DNA of 64,000 bases from Candidatus Bathyarchaeota archaeon (lineage in GTDB: Archaea; Thermoproteota; Bathyarchaeia; Bathyarchaeales; Bathycorpusculaceae). Where the stretch lies: NCBI GenBank assembly GCA_963720565.1, contig CAVRFW010000005.1, forward strand, positions 256,001 to 320,000. The letters are read 5' to 3'. Positions 19,683-29,041 of this stretch are shown here, piece after piece; within the stretch, counting starts at the first letter, position 1; every line of letters begins with the position of its first letter. A program made the translations under genes and the position numbers. The notes under the pieces were generated by a model. The model saw only the letters and a program-made list of their open reading frames with translations, made no database searches and was not told the DNA's origin.

Positions 19683-20402
19683 ATGAAAGTTATGCCAACA
19701 TTTTTCGAAAAAAAGCAGCTTGTAACGCCTGGAGAATTATTAGCCGAAGGCGATTACGTGGCTGGTGAAAACACCTACTTAGAAGAGAAGAAGGTCTACG
19801 CTGCAAGAGTAGGTCTTGCAGACGTTGACAACAAAAAAGTGAATGTCGTCGCTTTAAGAGCGTTCTACATACCGAAAATGGGTGATATTGTAATAGGCAC
19901 AATCACGGAAGTCGGGTTCAACGGTTGGTCAGTGGACATTAAGGCTCCATACACGGCACTTCTGAGGGCTTCAGATGTTCTGAGTAGACCATTCAAACCA
20001 CAGAATGACGAGCTGTCGCAGGTCCTTAACGCTGGGGATTTGATTGTTGCCAAAATCGCGTCTTATGACCGAGCCCATGACCCTCAGCTCACGGTCGGTG
20101 AACCAGGTTTGGGAAAAATAACACGCGGACAGATAATGAGAGTCACACCCACCAAGATTCCCCGAGTGATCGGCAGGAAAGGCTCCATGATTTCGATGAT
20201 AAAACAAGAAACAAGCTGCCAAATAATCTTGGGACTCAACGGGGTCATTTTGGTCACTGGAAAAACTCCAGAGGATGAAGAACTCGCCATGACGGCGATT
20301 CGAAAGATAGAAGAAGAATCCCACACGAGCGGACTAACAGACCGCATTACACAATTGCTGAAGGAAGAAAAAACAAAACGGGAGGAAAACAAGGTTGAAT
20401 GA
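19683..20402 (+). CDS. rrp4: Exosome RNA-binding protein Rrp4
   Basis: [18 protein letters not shown] (S1 domain) and [13 protein letters not shown] (KH domain). Confidence 0.95.
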   Translation: MKVMPTFFEKKQLVTPGELLAEGDYVAGENTYLEEKKVYAARVGLADVDNKKVNVVALRAFYIPKMGDIVIGTITEVGFNGWSVDIKAPYTALLRASDVLSRPFKPQNDELSQVLNAGDLIVAKIASYDRAHDPQLTVGEPGLGKITRGQIMRVTPTKIPRVIGRKGSMISMIKQETSCQIILGLNGVILVTGKTPEDEELAMTAIRKIEEESHTSGLTDRITQLLKEEKTKREENKVE

Positions 20403-21135
20403 AAAACCTGAAAAACTGATAGATAAAAAAGGCATTAGACTAGATGGTAGAAAAGCAGATGAATTAAGACCTGTAAAACTTGAAGTAGGCGTCCTAGCAA
20501 ACGCTGACGGTTCAGCCTACATTGAACATGGAAAGAACAAGATCCTTGCCGGAGTATTCGGTCCCAGAGAGATGCATCCTAAACATTTGTCGCTTCCAGA
20601 TCGCATGGTGATACGCTGTCGCTACCACATGGCACCATTCTCTGTGCAAGAGCGAAAATCACCAGCACCATCACGACGAGAGGTTGAACTCTCAAAAGTA
20701 ATAAGGGAATCATTGGAGCCCTCAGTGTTCTTAGAATTGTACCCGCGAACGGGTATAGACGTGTTCATAGAGGTCTTGCAGGCTGACGGAGGAACAAGGT
20801 GTGCAAGCATAACTGCTGCATCACTCGCCATAGCAGATGCAGGAATCCCAATGCGCGACTTAGTGGTCGCATGCGCAGCCGGAAAAATAGATGACACTGT
20901 AGTCTTGGATCTATTCGACGCCGAAGACAAACTTGGCGCAGCCGACGTTCCCTTGGCCATAATGCCCAACTTGAACGCAGTGACACTTTTGCAGATGGAT
21001 GGCATACTCACACCGGAAGAGTTTGAGACTGCTGTAAACATGGCTACAGAAGGTTGCAAGAAGATTTATACCTTGCAAAAAGAAGCCTTGAAAACCAAGT
21101 ACATGATAACTAAAGAGGAGGCTGAAGAAGAATAA
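20395..21135 (+). CDS. rrp41: Exosome complex exonuclease Rrp41
   Basis: [31 protein letters not shown] and VLQADGGTR. Confidence 0.96.
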   Translation: MNEKPEKLIDKKGIRLDGRKADELRPVKLEVGVLANADGSAYIEHGKNKILAGVFGPREMHPKHLSLPDRMVIRCRYHMAPFSVQERKSPAPSRREVELSKVIRESLEPSVFLELYPRTGIDVFIEVLQADGGTRCASITAASLAIADAGIPMRDLVVACAAGKIDDTVVLDLFDAEDKLGAADVPLAIMPNLNAVTLLQMDGILTPEEFETAVNMATEGCKKIYTLQKEALKTKYMITKEEAEEE

Positions 21136-21926
21136 TGTCATCATTAGTAACACGTGTTAGATTCAAACAGATAGAACAGATGATAGAAAAAGGAAAGCGT
21201 CTCGATGGAAGAGGCTTAACTGACTATAGAGAAATCAAAGTTGAACAGGGTCTCATAGAACGAGCCGAAGGTTCTGCTAGAGTTTTGCTAGGAAAAACCG
21301 AGGTCTTGGTTGGAATAAAAGTTGAAACTGGCACACCTTTTCCTGACACCCCGAATGAAGGGGTTCAAACCGTAAACGCTGAGCTTGTTCCACTAGCCTC
21401 GCCAAATTTCGAGCCTGGCCCACCGGATGAGAACTCGATAGAACTCGCAAGGATAGTTGACAGAGGAATCAGAGAATCGAAGGCTATAGACACTGGGAAG
21501 CTTTGCATCGAACCTGGAAAGAAGGTGTTCGTAGTTTTCGTTGACGTTTACGTACTCAATCATGACGGAAACTTGATAGATGCATCAGCTATTGCAGCGG
21601 TTTCCGCTTTGATGAATACGAAAATGCCCAACTATGAAATCGAAGATGGCGAAGTGAAGATCAAAACCGGTTACACCCCGCTTCCACTGAAAAATCATCC
21701 CATAACCGTGACTATTGGAAAGATAGGGAGCAACTTGATTGTTGACCCCTGGCTTGAAGAGGAGCAGGTTATGGATTCAAGGATTTCAATGGCAATCAAT
21801 GATGACGGCAATATTTGCGCTATGCAAAAGGGAGGTTCCGGTTACTTCACACCACAACAGGTCTTGGAAGCAAGCAAACTCGTGCAAGAAAAAGCTGCAG
21901 AATTGCGTAAAAAACTTGGCTGGTGA
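21135..21926 (+). CDS. rrp42: Exosome complex component Rrp42
   Basis: RLDGR....YR, AEGSARV, PFPDTP, FEPGPPDE and DGNLIDA. Confidence 0.96.
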   Translation: MSSLVTRVRFKQIEQMIEKGKRLDGRGLTDYREIKVEQGLIERAEGSARVLLGKTEVLVGIKVETGTPFPDTPNEGVQTVNAELVPLASPNFEPGPPDENSIELARIVDRGIRESKAIDTGKLCIEPGKKVFVVFVDVYVLNHDGNLIDASAIAAVSALMNTKMPNYEIEDGEVKIKTGYTPLPLKNHPITVTIGKIGSNLIVDPWLEEEQVMDSRISMAINDDGNICAMQKGGSGYFTPQQVLEASKLVQEKAAELRKKLGW

Positions 21927-22243
21927 AAACGCTGCCGAAAACAAAGAAAGTGGGTCCAACCCGGGGCTTGGGTACACGATATGGCGCTACGGTCAGGAAA
22001 CGTTACATCAAGGTAATCACAGAGCTAAAGAAACCCCACAAATGCCCTCAATGCGGCTTTGTGAGGGTTAAACGCGAGAGCGTGGGTGTCTGGAAATGTA
22101 AAAAGTGCGCCTTCACTTTTGCAGGTGGAGCCTACACGCCAGTTACAAAGCTCGGGGTTATTGCAAAACGTGCAGCTAAAGGCGCGCCAGTAGAAGAAGC
22201 ATCCAAGGCAGCCATGGAAGACCAAGTAGAAGACCAAAACTAA
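21923..22243 (+). CDS. rpl37ae: 50S ribosomal protein L37Ae (eL43)
   Basis: G.RYGATVRKR, CPQCG...WKCKKC and FAGGAY. Confidence 0.95.
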   Translation: MKTLPKTKKVGPTRGLGTRYGATVRKRYIKVITELKKPHKCPQCGFVRVKRESVGVWKCKKCAFTFAGGAYTPVTKLGVIAKRAAKGAPVEEASKAAMEDQVEDQN

Positions 22244-22244
22244 T

Positions 22245-22280
22245 CCCTTTTTTTCATTGTCCTTTTCTTGACTTTATTAG
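22245..22280 (+). terminator. Oligo-T terminator after rpl37ae
   Basis: T-rich tracts CCCTTTTTTTC...CTTTTCTT immediately after the stop codon. Confidence 0.45.
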
Positions 22281-22333
22281 TGCTGTAAAGGTTTTTATCA
22301 AATGTTAGTTTATTCAGCTGTGCTGAGAGTAAA

Positions 22334-22591
22334 ATGACGAAAGCAAAGGCAAAAATCCGCTTGCAGCTTTCATCAGATAAACACCTCACAACACTTTTGG
22401 ATGCTCTGGCGCCGGAAGCTAACTCCCCCGTCGCCAAACGTGCAAGAGTAGTCCTCTGCAAAGAAGAATCTGGGTTGGTTCTTGCAGTTGAAGCGAGAGA
22501 CACTGCTGCCTTACGCGCCACTTTGAACGCCTATCTGAGATGGATATGTTCTGCAATGAATGTCATAGAAGCCCTAGAAAACTATCTATAG
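22334..22591 (+). CDS. pcc1: KEOPS complex subunit Pcc1
   Basis: AL.PE and EARDTAALRATLNAYLRWI motifs. Confidence 0.9.
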   Translation: MTKAKAKIRLQLSSDKHLTTLLDALAPEANSPVAKRARVVLCKEESGLVLAVEARDTAALRATLNAYLRWICSAMNVIEALENYL

Positions 22592-22679
22592 GTTCCAGAT
22601 GCAATAGTGGGTTAAATATCAAGACGCTAGCATTACAGTCGAGAAAAGAATAATCAGTTCGATTTCATTTGTAATGGAC

Positions 22680-24038
22680 TTATTCTTCAAGTTTGGTCCT
22701 TGCTCGGTTTATCAGGTTAAGTGTCTGCTTCTGCCATCCGCCGAATTTCTCTGGAGTGCTTGGGTAGGCGTCATAATGTTCCCTTAGCTGTCGCATCATA
22801 TCTACCGTCAATTTCAGCTTTTTCAAGAAGCCCATGCGTTTCATGCCTCTGAACACTCTCTTGGCTGTTTCTGTGATGTTCAAAGGAAACTCGTCACCCA
22901 TAGCTGCCCGCAGCACATCATTCTCGGTGACGAGCTTGTAGTGCATGCCATAGTTCAAGTCTGCATCACTGCTGTTAAGCAGTAGCATTCGGAAAATGTC
23001 TAAGCTAGCCTGCTTCTTTCCATACGTATCCATATACTTCCTGTTGTAATTCCACAAGGCTGCCTGGTTAGGATTACCCTTCTCTAGTGCTTCCACTATT
23101 GTCTGGCCTGCAAAAAACCCGCTAAGCATAGATGGCCCAATGCCGCCGCCGTGAATCGGGTTAACTAAACTAGCTGCATCACCAGTAATTACGACGCCGT
23201 TGCCGACCATGTTATCTAGTGGCCTGCGTGTCGGATCCCACCATGCGCCTCCACTCAGGAGTAGAGAACCTTCAAACAGTGGTTGAGACAGAACATGATC
23301 GTAAAGCTGTTTCTTTGGATTTGGAAAATTTCCTCGCATGCAGATGCCTAGGCCAACGTTGACTTTGGCTCCGCCCTTTGGAAAGATCCATGTGTATCCT
23401 CCAGGCGTCACCTCTCCTCCGAGGTAAATCTCGCAGTAGTTAGTGTTCTTGTTTTCTTGCTTCAGCTGTCTGATTTCCCTATAGCACGCCTCAACATCCT
23501 CATTTTCAATTTCCCGTTCTATCTGCATACTCTCGGGAAGCTTGTGCCTAACCACGCCCATGAAACCGCTTGCGTCAACAACGGTTTTAGCTTTCAACTG
23601 GATATTCTTACCCGAAGCGTCTTTAGCTATCACTCCAGCCACAAAATCTCCTTCTACAATTGGCTCTAAGAACTGAGTCGAGTGCATGAACTCGGCACCT
23701 GCGTCAATCGCCTTCTTAAGTAACCATTGTCCAAAAAGCCGACGGTTCAGGATGTACCCGATGAAATCTTTGTCGGCAATAGTGAAAACCGCGCTCTTGT
23801 CCGGGGAGTAAATCTGAACACCCTCAATGCGTTTCTCAAGTTCGCCTCCCTGTGGCTTTTCTAAACCCAAAAACTTCAAATGATGCTCGCCAAGAGCATC
23901 ACCGCATATCTTTTCTCCTATCTCTGCCCTTTTTTTCCTATCGGTCAAGCAAACCTTCAAACCTGCTTCCGCCATGGTTTTTGCAGCTAAACATCCTGCA
24001 GTACCAGCACCTACAACGATGGCGTCATACTTGTTCAA
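22680..24038 (-). CDS. Geranylgeranyl reductase family (digeranylgeranylglycerophospholipid reductase-like)
   Basis: VGAGTAG, KICGDAL, PGGYTWIFPKG and GDAA..VNPIHGGGI. Confidence 0.88.
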   Translation of the reverse strand: MNKYDAIVVGAGTAGCLAAKTMAEAGLKVCLTDRKKRAEIGEKICGDALGEHHLKFLGLEKPQGGELEKRIEGVQIYSPDKSAVFTIADKDFIGYILNRRLFGQWLLKKAIDAGAEFMHSTQFLEPIVEGDFVAGVIAKDASGKNIQLKAKTVVDASGFMGVVRHKLPESMQIEREIENEDVEACYREIRQLKQENKNTNYCEIYLGGEVTPGGYTWIFPKGGAKVNVGLGICMRGNFPNPKKQLYDHVLSQPLFEGSLLLSGGAWWDPTRRPLDNMVGNGVVITGDAASLVNPIHGGGIGPSMLSGFFAGQTIVEALEKGNPNQAALWNYNRKYMDTYGKKQASLDIFRMLLLNSSDADLNYGMHYKLVTENDVLRAAMGDEFPLNITETAKRVFRGMKRMGFLKKLKLTVDMMRQLREHYDAYPSTPEKFGGWQKQTLNLINRARTKLEE

Positions 24039-24140
24039 CGATTTAATCCCTCGTTAATGTTGATATATTTTCTATACTTTGTTGTATAAGTAAACCCTTA
24101 TAAACTATTAAGTGAGCCTTTTCACACCAAGTGTAAATGA

Positions 24141-24570
24141 TTGGACAACCAACTTACGCTCAGCGATGAACTTCGGAAACTCGTCGAAGCAAGATTGGAG
24201 CAAACGCTGAAAGGAATAAACGATACACTGAACCAAATACTGGAAAAACAAGAAATAACCCCTGAAGAACTCAAAGAGGAGCTGAAAAGCCTCGAAGAAA
24301 ACTGCAACCTCTTATTCCAAAAATGGAGCTTGGAAATTCTCTACACTCTCTTCCTGAAAAAGACCATAGGTTTTGGCGAACTAAAAAAGATACTCGGTGT
24401 TAACTCACGTACGCTATCTGACAAACTCAAAACGCTCACGAAATACAGCTACGTTAACAGAAATGTGAAGCATTGGGCCGCCGTTGAGAGTTGAATATGC
24501 TCTAACGAGAAAAGGAAACAACACCATACTTCTTGCGTTACCATTACTATACTACTCAAGCTCCACGTAG
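24141..24570 (+). CDS. HxlR-family winged-helix regulator, +1 frameshift near 24473
   Basis: KWSLEIL..L...FGELK......RTLSDKLK; the C-terminal HxlR motif GPPLRVEYALTRKG continues in the +1 frame to TAG at 24570. Confidence 0.8.
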
Positions 24571-24715
24571 AAGCGAGTAGAATAGAACTATTGTTTTTTG
24601 GTTGCTCTCTTTAGTAGGTTTTCGAACGGTTTTATTAGAGTCTAGGAGTACATCATAAACCGCCTCGATTGTTTGTCCAGAAGTCATTGCTGAGTCAAGG
24701 CTAAATCAGTTTGAA

Positions 24716-25213
24716 CTAGCTCGGTCTCTTAACGGGCAATGTTATCTTTGTGGTGTCTTTCAAAGTCTCAAAAACCATGCAGGTGAGTGTCTTTTCGAGA
24801 CCGTTGATGAGCCGCAGTTTGTCAACCACAAACTTCCCGATTGCATCTACACTTAGGGTTCTCAGTTTTATAAGCAAATCCCAGTCACCAGTGATAATGT
24901 GGACTTCCTGGACTTCTGGGAATTTGGAGATTTCTTCTGCGACGACCCTTTGTGAGACAGGCGAGTTGTCACCTTTTGTTCTGTAGGAGACTGATGCCAG
25001 AATGAACGCGGCCGTGGTTGAACCTATCTTTTCGGGGGCGAGAATAGCCCTGTACTCTTTTATTATGCCCAGTTCTTCCATGCGTTTGATCTTGGCGAAA
25101 ACCGTGGTTATGGGTGAGTTGACTTTCTTGGCTATCTGCTTGGCGGTAAGTTTGCTGTTCTCCTGCAATAGTGCAAGTATGGCTATGTCCTTATCATCGA
25201 GCTTGGCTGACAT
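24716..25213 (-). CDS. Lrp/AsnC-family transcriptional regulator
   Basis: LDDKDIAIL..LQENS HTH and EVQEVHIITGDWDLL RAM domain. Confidence 0.93.
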   Translation of the reverse strand: MSAKLDDKDIAILALLQENSKLTAKQIAKKVNSPITTVFAKIKRMEELGIIKEYRAILAPEKIGSTTAAFILASVSYRTKGDNSPVSQRVVAEEISKFPEVQEVHIITGDWDLLIKLRTLSVDAIGKFVVDKLRLINGLEKTLTCMVFETLKDTTKITLPVKRPS

Positions 25214-25215
25214 GT

Positions 25216-25288
25216 TTGTAATTATTACAAGAATATGGTATTAAAACTTGTTGTTTTTGTAAAAACTATGTGATTTATTATAATAAAT
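25216..25288. promoter_or_regulatory. Divergent lrp/asnA promoter with three palindromes
   Basis: TTGTAAT-T-ATTACAA (25216-25230), GTTTTT-GT-AAAAAC (25253-25266) and ATTTATTATAATAAAT (25273-25288). Confidence 0.6.
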
Positions 25289-25347
25289 TTATTAAACACG
25301 GTGCTTATCTGTTACTATGAAAATCGTTAAAATAGAAGTGGTCCTCC

Positions 25348-26337
25348 TTGCAAAGCAAACAGACAACTATTGTGGAATCCTCAACGCTGATTGAGGCGCC
25401 AAAGACCCTAGAGCAGCTTACAGAAGCTGAAATCGAAAGAAAAACTGCCATTGGCAAAGTGATGACGCATACTCTGAGGAACTTGACCGACCAATTTGTC
25501 GAAAAGGGCTTCCAATGGTTACTTCCAGTAGCCCTATCACAATGTACCGATCCGCTTTGGCCAGACCCTGGCGCTTCCATAGAAAAGAGAATTGAAGTAG
25601 ACATTTACGGCAAGAAAGTCCGCACCACATCAAGCATGATAATTCACAAGTTGATTGCTTCTTCTACGGCTTATCCGAAGTTGTTCATACTGTCACCCAA
25701 CATTCGAATAGAAAAAGCTGAACGTGCGACTACAGGAAAACATGTGTACGAGTTTACACAGCTGGATTTTGAAGCTAGAAACGCTACATCAAAAGACATA
25801 ATCAACCTCGTCGAAGACGCGTTTTGTAGCTTGGTGCCCAGTGTGAAAAGAATTGCAAAAGATGAATTAACTTGCCTTTCTAGATATGAAACCCTAAAGG
25901 CTCCAAAAAAACCGTTCCATAGTTACGACAGAGAAGAACTTGAAGAAGAATACGGCGCAGATTGGGAAACCGCCCTTGCCAATGAAATCGAAGATCCGGT
26001 GTGGGTTACCAACATACCTCGAGAATTCTACGACTTCGAAGATCCTGCAACAGGTAAATGGGACAACTACGACCTATTTCTACCTGAATTTGGAGAAGCT
26101 TTGTCAGGCGCCAGAAGGGAATGGGAATACGACAAGATTCTCAGAAAAATGGAACGAGATAACATACGCAAAGACAACTATGCACTACTATTGAAGCTGG
26201 CAAAACAAGGGAAAATAAAGCCCTGTGCAGGTGCGGGAATTGGAATTGAACGAACGGTCAGATGGTTAACCGGTGTCAGACACATAGCCGAAACACAAGC
26301 GTTCCCCAGAATCCCTGGAACGGTGCATGAACTTTAG
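25348..26337 (+). CDS. asnA: Archaeal asparagine synthetase A (AsnRS-like catalytic domain lacking the anticodon domain)
   Basis: TDPLWPDP, SMIIHK, LSPNIRIE, H.YEFTQLDFE, PREFYD, SGARREWEY and AGAGIGIER; no OB domain. Confidence 0.88.
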   Translation: MQSKQTTIVESSTLIEAPKTLEQLTEAEIERKTAIGKVMTHTLRNLTDQFVEKGFQWLLPVALSQCTDPLWPDPGASIEKRIEVDIYGKKVRTTSSMIIHKLIASSTAYPKLFILSPNIRIEKAERATTGKHVYEFTQLDFEARNATSKDIINLVEDAFCSLVPSVKRIAKDELTCLSRYETLKAPKKPFHSYDREELEEEYGADWETALANEIEDPVWVTNIPREFYDFEDPATGKWDNYDLFLPEFGEALSGARREWEYDKILRKMERDNIRKDNYALLLKLAKQGKIKPCAGAGIGIERTVRWLTGVRHIAETQAFPRIPGTVHEL

Positions 26338-26359
26338 TCTCAAAACATATAGAACATGA

Positions 26360-28252
26360 GTGACAAAAATGAATGCGTATCTTGAAGCTTTACAACCAAA
26401 GTTAAGTAACAGTGATTTTCGAGAACTCTGTGCGATAGATAACCCCAACGTTCACGAATTCATAGCTAAGGCAAGTGACTTGTGTCATGCCGAACGAATT
26501 TTCATCTGTAGCGATTCCGCTGAAGACATTGCTTATGTCCGAAGGCAAGCAGTCTCCGTTGGTGAAGAAAAGGCAATTCTAACGTTACCGGGACACACGG
26601 TCCATTTTGATGGTGAACACGATCAGGGGCGAGATAGGCAAGCCACCAAGTACCTCGTGCCACGAGGAATTTCTCTCAGCAGGGCACTTAACCAAATTGA
26701 TCGGCAAGAGGGCTTGGCAGAGGTTAAGGGTTTACTTCGAGACTCAATGAAAGACCGCACAATGATTGTTCGATTCATCTCCTTGGGGCCGCCAAATTCC
26801 ATATTTACTATACTAGGACTTCAGTGCACCGACTCTTGGTATGTAGCTCACACTGAAGACCTGCTCTACAGGCCAGGCTATGCAGAGTTCGTGAAGGCAG
26901 GTCCAAAAAGCGATTTTCTACGCGTACTACACTCAGCAGGAAAATTGAATGAGGACGCTGTTAGCGTGGAATACGATAAAAAGTGCATTTACATCGACAA
27001 CATGGACAACACGATTTATAGTGTCAACACACAGTACGCGGGCAATTCAGTCGGCTTCAAGAAACTTGCCTTTCGTCTAGCCATCCGCAAAGCTCACTAT
27101 GAAGGATGGCTAGCTGAACATATGTTGCTCATGGGCGTGCACGGTCCAGAAGGTCGCAAAACCTACTTTGCAGGAGCTTTCCCAAGTGCATGCGGTAAGA
27201 CCTCTACAGCAATGCTTCCGGGAGAAAGCATACTGGGTGATGATATAGCATACATTCGTAGCATTGACTCAATTGCTCGCGCGGTAAACGTTGAATCGGG
27301 AATCTTTGGCATTATTCAGGACGTAAACCCGACTGATGATGCACTAATCTACAAAGTGCTCGCTAATCCCGGAGAAATAATCTTTTCCAATGTATTGGTT
27401 AAAGATGGCAAACCATACTGGTTGGGAATGGGAAGCGAAATTCCCAAGGAGGGCATCAACTTTTCAGGAGCATGGTACGAGGGCAAGAAAGACGAGTCGG
27501 GCAATGAGGTTCAACCAGCTCACAAGAATGCTCGATACGCTGTCGCTCTTAGGGCACTTGAAAATTGTGATCCCGAATTGGACAATCCTCTCGGAGTAGA
27601 AATAGGCGGAATAATGTATGGTGGAAGAGACACGAAGGCTTATGTGCCCGTCCAGCAGAGCTTCGATTGGTGCCATGGAATTATCGCGTATGGCGCTTCC
27701 CTAGAGACAGAAACAACCTTCGCCACTGTCGGTCAGGAAGGCATACCTGAGATAAATATGATGAGCATACAAGATTTTATCTCCATCCCTCTAGGGCAGA
27801 ACATCTGCAACAACCTGGAATTCGGAAAGAAACTCAACAAAGCACCTACAGTATTTGGAGTCAACTACTTCCTACGAGACAGAGAAAACGGGAAATTCCT
27901 CAATGCAATTCAAGACAAACACGTTTGGATAAAGTGGATGGAGCTCCGCGTACATAACGAAGTAGAGGCAATAAAAACCCCCACGGGTTATCTCCCTAAA
28001 TACAAGGATTTGCGAAGACTGTTCAGCCAGGTGTTAGGCAAAGTCTACGAAAAAGACGAATACGTAAAACAATTCACAATACGCGTTCCAGAAAATTTGG
28101 CCAAAATCGAACGCGTGCAACGGTTCTACCAGGAAAATGTCTCGGATACTCCATTAGAGCTGTTCGGAATATTGTATCTGCAACGCGAACGTCTATTCAA
28201 AGCGCAAGCCAATTTCGGGGATTACATATCGCCTGAGGCTTTTGAAATCTGA
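26360..28252 (+). CDS. pckG: Phosphoenolpyruvate carboxykinase (GTP)
   Basis: YAGNSVGFKK, GWLAEHM, AFPSACGKT, GDDIAY and YGGRD. Confidence 0.94.
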   Translation: MTKMNAYLEALQPKLSNSDFRELCAIDNPNVHEFIAKASDLCHAERIFICSDSAEDIAYVRRQAVSVGEEKAILTLPGHTVHFDGEHDQGRDRQATKYLVPRGISLSRALNQIDRQEGLAEVKGLLRDSMKDRTMIVRFISLGPPNSIFTILGLQCTDSWYVAHTEDLLYRPGYAEFVKAGPKSDFLRVLHSAGKLNEDAVSVEYDKKCIYIDNMDNTIYSVNTQYAGNSVGFKKLAFRLAIRKAHYEGWLAEHMLLMGVHGPEGRKTYFAGAFPSACGKTSTAMLPGESILGDDIAYIRSIDSIARAVNVESGIFGIIQDVNPTDDALIYKVLANPGEIIFSNVLVKDGKPYWLGMGSEIPKEGINFSGAWYEGKKDESGNEVQPAHKNARYAVALRALENCDPELDNPLGVEIGGIMYGGRDTKAYVPVQQSFDWCHGIIAYGASLETETTFATVGQEGIPEINMMSIQDFISIPLGQNICNNLEFGKKLNKAPTVFGVNYFLRDRENGKFLNAIQDKHVWIKWMELRVHNEVEAIKTPTGYLPKYKDLRRLFSQVLGKVYEKDEYVKQFTIRVPENLAKIERVQRFYQENVSDTPLELFGILYLQRERLFKAQANFGDYISPEAFEI

Positions 28253-28426
28253 AAATAAACTGTCAACACAAATGGATGAAAGCTGGACAGGAAAACCTTG
28301 CTGTGACCAACGTTCCCGCTTCCGAAGTTCGGAACAGTGCATTTGCAGCGGTAAGGAATTTACTGATTGGGAATTCATAATGGTTAATTATTAACAAATC
28401 ATCCATGAAGTTCAAGAAATCAAGAT

Positions 28427-28696
28427 GTGAAAAATATGATGAAAAAAAGCACGACCAAGAGTGTTGCAGCCCACACGATTGATTTGTCTAAGATTGAGGG
28501 GGACGGTTCGTTTCCATGCCCCAAGTGTGGCACAGTGATATCTCCTGAGGACGAATCCGAGGAAGTCTACAAGATTGTTGACACGAAAGTAATTAACGAT
28601 GAACTCGTGGAACTTGTTATCGTCTGCAACAACTGTGAGAGTAGCATTAGACTCACTGGTTTTCAACCCGCGATCGACGGATTAGCGAACGAGTAA
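28427..28696 (+). CDS. Small zinc-ribbon protein (CPKCG...CNNC)
   Basis: IDLSKIEGDGSFPCPKCG...SPED...IVCNNCES: two CxxC pairs in an 89-aa ORF. Confidence 0.75.
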   Translation: MKNMMKKSTTKSVAAHTIDLSKIEGDGSFPCPKCGTVISPEDESEEVYKIVDTKVINDELVELVIVCNNCESSIRLTGFQPAIDGLANE

Positions 28697-29041
28697 GCTA
28701 TTACTCTTCCAGCTGGTCTAAATGCTTGGAAACTTGCCACTAGTTCTGTCACAGGAAGTCATAATAACAGACTGTGGTTTTGTGTGCTCCCGTGTTTTTG
28801 TTGGAGTAAATTGTTGCCGAACAATTGTGTTGTCTATCTGGGGCATGGCGGGTATTTCAGAAATTGACGATGGAAGACGCGCTGGTTTTTGTGGAGGCTG
28901 TGAGTGTTGTTCCATCTCAATTGTTGTGGCTACGATTGGAGATTGAATATGTATTTGTGTTAAACAGTGTCTGCAATATTGTCTATTGAGACGCAATATT
29001 TAATAGACCGTGCTTCACACCATACATAACGGAGAACTAAT

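Noticed and set aside
28718..28996. 92-aa minus-strand ORF (and the overlapping 74-aa plus-strand ORF)
   Set aside because: Low-complexity Pro/Gln/Thr sequence with no motif or clear RBS; cannot be supported, though not excluded
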